Part shown: positions 26,451 through 32,000 of the stretch, one piece after another
Position numbering within the stretch: position 1 is the stretch's first letter
Layout of the letters: the number at the start of each line of letters is the position of its first letter
NCBI RefSeq assembly: GCF_001598795.1
Contig: NZ_BCZP01000028.1
Location: forward strand, 30,001-62,000
Direction of reading: 5' to 3'
Source of the DNA: Delftia acidovorans NBRC 14950
GTDB taxonomy: Bacteria > Pseudomonadota > Gammaproteobacteria > Burkholderiales > Burkholderiaceae_C
Length of the DNA stretch: 32,000 bases
The notes under the pieces: generated by a model
The model's database searches: none
The model's input: only the letters and a program-made list of their open reading frames with translations
What the model was told of the DNA's origin: nothing
Position numbers and translations under genes: made by a program

Positions 26451-26510
26451 GTGGGGTCGCTGGAGCAGGTGGGTCTTGTTTTTACCTAGACGATAGAAAG
26501 CACTTCAGCC

Positions 26511-28202
26511 ATGTTGCAAAACCCTTCGACCAAGTACCGTCCGTTCGCTTTCGCTCCCGTGCGTCTGCAAAATCGCAGCTGGCCCGACGCGACGATTACC
26601 AAGGCTCCGATCTGGTGCAGCGTGGATCTGCGCGATGGCAACCAGGCGTTGATCGAGCCGATGGACATCGATCGCAAGATGCGCATGTTCGAGCAACTGG
26701 TGAAGATCGGCTTCAAGGAGATCGAGGTCGGTTTTCCCTCCGCTTCGCAGGTGGAGTTCGACTTCATGCGCAAGCTCATCGAGGAAAACCGCATTCCCGA
26801 TGACGTGACCATCCAGGTGCTGACCCAGGCGCGCGAGCACCTCATCCGCCGTACCTTCGAAGCGCTCGAAGGCGTGCCCCGTGCCATCGTCCATCTGTAC
26901 AACGCCACCGCGCCCGTGATGCGCCGCGTGGTGTTGAACATGAGTGAAGACGAGATCGTCGAGCTGGCCACCACCAATGCCCGCATGTTCAACGAGATCG
27001 CTGCCGGCTACCCCCAGACGCAGTGGACCTTCCAGTACTCGCCCGAGATGTATTCGGACACCGAGCTGGAGTTTTCCAAGCGCGTCATCGATGCCGTCAC
27101 CGATGTATGGCAGCCCACGCCCGAGCGCAAGTGCATCATCAACCTGCCCACCACGGTGGAGCATTCCACGCCCAATCTGTTTGCCGACATGGTGGAGTGG
27201 ACGCACCGCCACATCCAGCGCCGTGATTCCATCGTGCTGTCCGTCCATCCCCACAACGATCGCGGCACCGGCACGGCCACGGCCGAGCTCGCGCTGATGG
27301 CCGGTGCCGACCGCCTCGAAGGCTGCCTGTTCGGCAACGGCGAGCGCACGGGCAACCTCGACGTGGTCAACGTGGCGCTGAACATGTATATCCAGGGCGT
27401 GTCGCCCGGGCTGGATTTCTCCGATATCGACGGCATCCGCAGCACGGTCGAGCATTGCAACCAGTTGCCCGTGCACCCGCGCCATCCCTATGTGGGCGAT
27501 CTGGTCTACACCTCGTTCTCTGGCTCGCACCAGGATGCGATCAAGAAGGCCTTCGCCGACCGCAAGGAAGGCGACGTCTGGGACATGCCCTATCTGCCCA
27601 TCGATCCCAAGGACCTGGGTCGCAGCTATGAGGCCGTGATCCGCGTCAACAGCCAGTCGGGCAAGGGCGGCATCGCCTATCTGCTTGAAAGCGAATATGG
27701 CCTCCAGTTGCCGCGCCGCCTGCAGATCGAGTTCAGCCAGGTCGTGCAGCGCGAGATGGATGCCAGTGGCAAGGAATTGGCTGCCGCCGACCTGTGGAAT
27801 CTGTTCCAGCGCGAATACGGCCTGCAATCCGTGCAGGCGCCGCACTACCGGCTGAGCGAGAACGATGGTGTGGTCAGCCTGTCGGCCGACCTGGCTGTCG
27901 AGGGCGGCAAGCGCACGGTCGAGGCCGAGGGCACGGGCCCGATCGACGCCTTCGTGCAGGCGCTGAGCGAGCACAGCGGCCGCGCGGTGCGCGTGCTGGA
28001 CTATGCCGAGCACGCCATTGGCGAAGGTGCCAACGCCAAGGCCATCGCCTATGTGGAACTGCGCGTGGATGAGTCCCACGTGTGCTACGGCGTCGGGGTC
28101 GATGCGAATATCGTCTCTGCCTCGTTCCGGGCCATCATGTCGGGCTTGCAGCGTGTTCCCTCCGCCGAGAATGCGGTGGAGCAGGAGGCGGTTGCCGCCT
28201 GA
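26511..28202 (+). CDS. leuA: 2-isopropylmalate synthase, long type (DLRDGNQ; actinobacterial/Pseudomonas-like)
   Basis: 563 aa with YRPF...[42 protein letters not shown], and a C-terminal LeuA allosteric/dimerisation region. Confidence 0.9.
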   Translation: MLQNPSTKYRPFAFAPVRLQNRSWPDATITKAPIWCSVDLRDGNQALIEPMDIDRKMRMFEQLVKIGFKEIEVGFPSASQVEFDFMRKLIEENRIPDDVTIQVLTQAREHLIRRTFEALEGVPRAIVHLYNATAPVMRRVVLNMSEDEIVELATTNARMFNEIAAGYPQTQWTFQYSPEMYSDTELEFSKRVIDAVTDVWQPTPERKCIINLPTTVEHSTPNLFADMVEWTHRHIQRRDSIVLSVHPHNDRGTGTATAELALMAGADRLEGCLFGNGERTGNLDVVNVALNMYIQGVSPGLDFSDIDGIRSTVEHCNQLPVHPRHPYVGDLVYTSFSGSHQDAIKKAFADRKEGDVWDMPYLPIDPKDLGRSYEAVIRVNSQSGKGGIAYLLESEYGLQLPRRLQIEFSQVVQREMDASGKELAAADLWNLFQREYGLQSVQAPHYRLSENDGVVSLSADLAVEGGKRTVEAEGTGPIDAFVQALSEHSGRAVRVLDYAEHAIGEGANAKAIAYVELRVDESHVCYGVGVDANIVSASFRAIMSGLQRVPSAENAVEQEAVAA

Positions 28203-28214
28203 ATTTCGTTCCCG

Positions 28215-28247
28215 AGCCGGTGCAGCCACAAGCGCACCGGCTTTTTT
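28215..28247 (+). terminator. Intrinsic terminator between the two isopropylmalate synthase genes
   Basis: 9-bp stem AGCCGGTGC (28215-28223) / GCACCGGCT (28234-28242), followed by a T run (28242-28247). Confidence 0.8.
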
Positions 28248-28301
28248 CATCGCCTGCCCGTGGGCAGGGGCTTCGCATCCACAAGAAAGACGAGACTCCC
28301 C

Positions 28302-29840
28302 ATGACCGACCAATTGATCATTTTCGACACCACCTTGCGTGACGGCGAGCAGTCGCCCGGTGCCTCCATGACCCGCGACGAGAAGCTGCGCATCGCGCGC
28401 CAGCTCGAACGGCTGAAGGTCGATGTGATCGAGGCCGGTTTTGCGGCGAGCTCCAACGGTGACTTCGAGTCGGTGCAGGCCATTGCGCGCGCCATCAAGG
28501 ACTCCACTATCTGCTCGCTGGCGCGGGCCAATGACCGTGACATCGCCCGTGCGGCCGAAGCCCTCAAGGACGCCAACCGCGCGCGCATCCACACCTTCAT
28601 TGCGACCAGCGCGCTGCACATGGAGAAAAAGCTGCGCATGACGCCCGATCAGGTGCTGGAGCAGGCGCGCCAATCCGTGCGCTTTGCGCGCAACCTGATT
28701 GCCGACATCGAGTTCAGCCCGGAGGACGGCTACCGCAGCGACCCGGATTTCCTGTGCCGCGTCATCGAGACCGTGATCGCCGAGGGCGCAACCACGATCA
28801 ACGTGCCCGACACCGTGGGCTATGCCATTCCCGAGCTCTACGGCGCCTTCATCAAGAACCTGCGCGAGCGCGTGCCCAACAGCGACAAGGCGGTCTGGAG
28901 CGTGCACTGCCACAACGATCTGGGCATGGCCGTGGCCAACTCGCTGGCCGGCGTCAAGCTCGGCGGCGCCCGCCAGATCGAATGCACCATCAATGGCCTG
29001 GGTGAGCGCGCCGGCAACTGCTCGCTGGAAGAGGTGGTGATGGCCATCAAGACGCGCAAGGATTACTTTGGCCTGGACGTCAACATCGACGCCCTGCACA
29101 TCGTGGCCGCCAGCCGCATGGTCAGCCAGACCACCGGCTTCGTGGTGCAGCCCAACAAGGCCGTGGTGGGGGCCAACGCCTTCGCCCACGCCTCCGGCAT
29201 TCACCAGGACGGCGTGCTCAAGGCGCGCGACACCTACGAGATCATGCGTGCCGAGGACGTGGGCTGGAGCGCCAACAAGATCGTGCTGGGCAAGCTCAGC
29301 GGCCGCAACGCCTTCAAGCAGCGCTTGCACGAGCTGGGCGTGGAGCTGGACAGCGAAGCCGCGATCAATACCGCCTTCGCCGCCTTCAAGGAGCTGGCCG
29401 ACCGCAAGAGCGAGATCTTCGACGAGGACATCCTGGCCCTGGTGACCGAGCAGGACGCGCATCAGCAGGCCGACCCCTTCCAGTTCATCTCGCTGGCCCA
29501 GCAAAGCGAGACAGGTGAGCGCCCACATGCGTCAGTGGTGTTCAGCCGCGACGGCCGAGAGATCAAGGCCCAGTCCGACGGCAATGGCCCGGTCGATGCC
29601 TCGTTCAAGGCCATCGAATCCGAGGTGAAGAGCGGTGCCGAGATGCTGCTGTACTCGGTCAACGCCATCAGCGGCTCCACCGAAAGCCAGGGCGAAGTGA
29701 CCGTTCGCCTGCAGCGCAGCGGGCGCGTGGTCAACGGCGTGGGCGCCGACCCTGACATCGTTGTGGCTTCTGCCAAGGCCTATCTGAGCGCGTTGAACAA
29801 ATTACACAGCAATGCAGAGATCGTGGCTGCGCAGGGGTAA
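28302..29840 (+). CDS. leuA: 2-isopropylmalate synthase, short type (LRDGEQ; E. coli-like)
   Basis: 512 aa from ATG 28302 with [31 protein letters not shown], and the C-terminal regulatory domain ([12 protein letters not shown]...[23 protein letters not shown]). Confidence 0.9.
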   Translation: MTDQLIIFDTTLRDGEQSPGASMTRDEKLRIARQLERLKVDVIEAGFAASSNGDFESVQAIARAIKDSTICSLARANDRDIARAAEALKDANRARIHTFIATSALHMEKKLRMTPDQVLEQARQSVRFARNLIADIEFSPEDGYRSDPDFLCRVIETVIAEGATTINVPDTVGYAIPELYGAFIKNLRERVPNSDKAVWSVHCHNDLGMAVANSLAGVKLGGARQIECTINGLGERAGNCSLEEVVMAIKTRKDYFGLDVNIDALHIVAASRMVSQTTGFVVQPNKAVVGANAFAHASGIHQDGVLKARDTYEIMRAEDVGWSANKIVLGKLSGRNAFKQRLHELGVELDSEAAINTAFAAFKELADRKSEIFDEDILALVTEQDAHQQADPFQFISLAQQSETGERPHASVVFSRDGREIKAQSDGNGPVDASFKAIESEVKSGAEMLLYSVNAISGSTESQGEVTVRLQRSGRVVNGVGADPDIVVASAKAYLSALNKLHSNAEIVAAQG

Positions 29841-29872
29841 GCACTCGCCTTATAATTTCACTTAAATTATCG

Positions 29873-29909
29873 AAAAGTCGCACAAGTTATTGTCACAGTG
29901 CGACTTTTT
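29873..29909 (+). terminator. Intrinsic terminator after the second isopropylmalate synthase gene
   Basis: 11-bp stem AAAAGTCGCAC (29873-29883) / GTGCGACTTTT (29898-29908) in an AT-rich spacer. The A run on the left and T run on the right make it potentially bidirectional. Confidence 0.7.
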
Positions 29910-29959
29910 CGATTAATGTAAGGTCTAGTCACAAATTCTTGCTGCTTGGAGCATTTCTC

Positions 29960-31057
29960 ATGCCCACCCTACGCCGTGCCCGCCTCGGTCGATTTGCTCA
30001 GGTCATGTCCTTTCTGGCCCTGAGTTGTGCTCTTGCTGCTCCGGGCGCATATGCCGCGCCCGCCAAGAAAGTTGCCAAGAAACAGGTGGCCGTGGCCCCT
30101 GTCAAGAAGAAGGCGGTGAAGGAGCGCGCCACGGCCGCTCCCCAGGGCAAGCGCGTTGCCAAGAGCGCGCGCCAGCCCAGCCGCGTCGCTGCACGCAGCG
30201 TGGCCAGCCCCATTCGCGCCGTTGCCTACGAGCCACGCCTGTCCTTTGGCCAGATGGCCGGTCTGCATGCGGTGGCCGATCCTCTGGATCTCAAGAGCAG
30301 CGTGGCCCTGGTCCTGGACCAGGACACCCATGAGGTGCTGCTGAGCAAGAACGACCATGCCGTCTTGCCCATCGCCTCGTTGACCAAGCTGATGACCGGC
30401 CTGCTGATTTCCCAGGCCCATCTGCCGATGGATGAAACCATCACCATCACGCAGGACGACGTGGATACCGAAAAGGGCAGCAGCTCGCGCCTGGCCGTCG
30501 GCACCACGCTCACGCGCGGTGAAATGCTGCACCTGGCCCTGATGTCCAGCGAAAATCGCGCTGCCCACGCCCTGGGCCGCACTTTCCCTGGTGGCCTTGA
30601 TGCCTTTGTCCAGCAGATGAATGCCAAGGCCCGTCTGCTGGGCATGACCGATACCCGCTACGTGGAGCCCACCGGGCTGTCCAGCCGCAACCAGTCCAGT
30701 GCCCGTGATCTGGCCGTGCTCGTCAATGTGGCCCACAGCGATCCGCTGGTGCGCGAGTACACCACCTCGCCCGGCTATGAGGTGGCCGTTGGCCGCCGCA
30801 CGCTGCAGTACAACAACACCAACCGCCTGGTGATGAGCCCCACCTGGGACATCGGTCTGCAAAAGACCGGCTACATCTCCGAGGCGGGCCGCTGCCTGGT
30901 CATGCAGGCGCAGGTGGCTGGCCGCAAGATCATCATGGTCTTCTTGGATTCGGCCGGAAAGTTCAGCCGCCTCGGCGATGCCGAGCGCGTGCGCCACTGG
31001 GTGGAGTCCATGGGACAGGTGGCTGGCGATCCCATGATCCACAAGGTCAAGGGCTGA
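29960..31057 (+). CDS. pbpG: D-alanyl-D-alanine endopeptidase / serine-type peptidase S11 (PBP7/PbpG-like)
   Basis: Signal peptide (MSFLALSCALAAPGAYA) and the SxxK (SLTK), SxN (SEN) and KTG motifs in the correct order. GGAG lies 9 nt before ATG 29960; the track start 29939 is TTG. Confidence 0.85.
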   Translation: MPTLRRARLGRFAQVMSFLALSCALAAPGAYAAPAKKVAKKQVAVAPVKKKAVKERATAAPQGKRVAKSARQPSRVAARSVASPIRAVAYEPRLSFGQMAGLHAVADPLDLKSSVALVLDQDTHEVLLSKNDHAVLPIASLTKLMTGLLISQAHLPMDETITITQDDVDTEKGSSSRLAVGTTLTRGEMLHLALMSSENRAAHALGRTFPGGLDAFVQQMNAKARLLGMTDTRYVEPTGLSSRNQSSARDLAVLVNVAHSDPLVREYTTSPGYEVAVGRRTLQYNNTNRLVMSPTWDIGLQKTGYISEAGRCLVMQAQVAGRKIIMVFLDSAGKFSRLGDAERVRHWVESMGQVAGDPMIHKVKG

Positions 31058-31075
31058 GTTTTCTTTCCCCTCACG

Positions 31076-31107
31076 ACAAAGGCGCCGATGGCGCCTTTGT
31101 TGTTTCT
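31076..31107 (+). terminator. Intrinsic terminator of the pbpG-like gene
   Basis: 11-bp stem ACAAAGGCGCC (31076-31086) / GGCGCCTTTGT (31090-31100) with a 3-nt loop, followed by TGTTTCT. Confidence 0.7.
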
Positions 31108-31168
31108 GGTGGGCAGAGGTCTGTCTTGCCAATGGCCCCTGGCCAATGCCAACGGGGCCGACGGCTGT

Positions 31169-31993
31169 TCAGTGGCTGCTGCGCGCGTAGGGGTTGGGTG
31201 GCGGTGCCGCCGGGCGGGTTGCGTTGAAGCCCAGGGCGCCCGAGATCTCCTGTGCGGTGGACTGGAGCTTGGACATCCAGCTTTCGTCCAGCCGGTCGGC
31301 GGGAGCGGAGATGGACAGGCCGGCCACCAGCTTGCCCTGGTCGTCGTAGATGCCGGCGGCCATGCAGCGCACGCCCAGTTCCAGCTCTTCGTTGTCGCGG
31401 GCCACGCCATGGTGGCGTACCTTGTCCAGCTCGTTTTCCATGTCGGCCAGCCGCGTGATGCTGAAGTGCGTCTTGCCGGGCAGGCCGGTGCGCGTGGCGT
31501 AGGCGCGGACCTGTTGCGCATCGTCCGCCGCCAGGAACAGCTTGCCGTTGGATGTCAGGTGCAGCGGCGCATGGCCGCCGATGGCGCGCACCACCTGCAT
31601 GCCGGAGCGCTCGCTGTAGGCGCGTTCCACATAGACGATTTCATCGCCCTGGCGCACGCTGAGGCTGACCGGCTGCTGGATCTGCTTGTGCAGCTGGCGC
31701 ATGGGGATCAGGGCCGCTTCGCGCACGCTCAGGCGGGCCTTGACCAGATTGCCCAGTTCCAGGAAGCGCATGCCCAGGCGGTAGCTGCCCGATTCGGGGC
31801 GATCGACAAAGCGGCCGATGGCCAGATCGTTGAGGATGCGGTGCGTGGTGGAGGGGTGCAGGCCGGTGCGCTCGCTGATCTCCTTGAGCGATACCGCTTC
31901 CTCGCGCGAGGCCAACACGTCGATCAACGTGAACATGCGTTCCAGGACCTGGACGCTGGGCTTGGGGGAGGCCGCGTTATCGTTTTTTTTCAT
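31169..31993 (-). CDS. IclR-family transcriptional regulator
   Basis: 274 aa with N-terminal HTH (VSLKEISERTGLHPSTTHRILNDL) and a C-terminal IclR effector domain (GVRCMAAGIYDDQGKLVAGLSISAP). Confidence 0.88.
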   Translation of the reverse strand: MKKNDNAASPKPSVQVLERMFTLIDVLASREEAVSLKEISERTGLHPSTTHRILNDLAIGRFVDRPESGSYRLGMRFLELGNLVKARLSVREAALIPMRQLHKQIQQPVSLSVRQGDEIVYVERAYSERSGMQVVRAIGGHAPLHLTSNGKLFLAADDAQQVRAYATRTGLPGKTHFSITRLADMENELDKVRHHGVARDNEELELGVRCMAAGIYDDQGKLVAGLSISAPADRLDESWMSKLQSTAQEISGALGFNATRPAAPPPNPYARSSH

Positions 31994-32000
31994 GAGGCGG

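Noticed and set aside
26505-29528. A 1007-aa minus-strand ORF covering both isopropylmalate synthase genes.
   Set aside because: The explanation is the same: it is antisense to two strongly supported genes and to the terminator-containing spacer, with no domain-like motifs. The same reasoning applies to 21709-23673 (-), 10329-12053 (-), 12939-14198 (-), 15557-16714 (-), 29969-31132 (-), 1715-2944 (+), 4088-5044 (+) and the other overlapping track ORFs.
31134-31159. A GGCCCC...GGGGCC hairpin that could terminate the minus-strand IclR gene.
   Set aside because: The stem is only 6 bp with a 14-nt loop, and there is no U tract on the minus-strand transcript. This is not enough to call a terminator.

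Overview
This is a high-G+C, strongly GC3-biased chromosomal segment (roughly two-thirds G+C by eye). Gene content and order are typical of a Burkholderiales betaproteobacterium, most like Comamonadaceae. That placement is an inference from three things: a Bug/TctC binding protein, an ECF sigma-DUF3619-DUF3106-RDD block next to ilvBHC-pssA-leuA, and nadE-glnB linkage.

I can support 31 protein genes and one leader peptide, in this order:
- a TctC fragment and a TetR regulator
- a minus-strand molybdenum-cofactor block, moaA-mobA-moeA, followed by a thioredoxin-like gene
- a minus-strand block of Crp-like regulator, aldehyde dehydrogenase, DUF2889 and SDR
- a DUF962 membrane protein and ppa
- two tandem chemoreceptor genes
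- a DUF482 GNAT-like gene, divergent from nadE-glnB
- a minus-strand block of ECF sigma, DUF3619, DUF3106, RDD, dgkA and LOG
- ilvB-ilvH-ilvC, pssA, and two different isopropylmalate synthase genes
- a PbpG-like DD-endopeptidase and an IclR regulator

I saw no rRNA, tRNA, CRISPR array, transposase, integrase or phage gene. The window reads as conserved core genome, not an accessory island, and I did not find a convincing novel multi-gene system. The many long opposite-strand ORFs in the supplied track are antisense shadow ORFs of GC-rich coding sequence. Several track ORFs also start at TTG or GTG codons and carry spurious N-terminal extensions, which I trimmed.

The observations most worth a second look are:
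1. An unlisted 17-codon Leu-rich leader peptide with rare CTA codons, plus an intrinsic terminator and an alternative pairing, upstream of the first leuA.
2. Two non-orthologous isopropylmalate synthase paralogs in tandem, separated by their own strong terminator.
3. The poorly characterised ECF sigma / DUF3619 / DUF3106 / RDD module, whose DUF3106 protein carries four CpxP/Spy-like [WY]xxL[ST]xx[QE] repeats.
4. A mirrored pair of extended -10-like elements in the sigma/ilvB divergent region.
5. A dense G-run cluster over the mobA start.
6. A 492-nt unexplained spacer between the two chemoreceptor genes.
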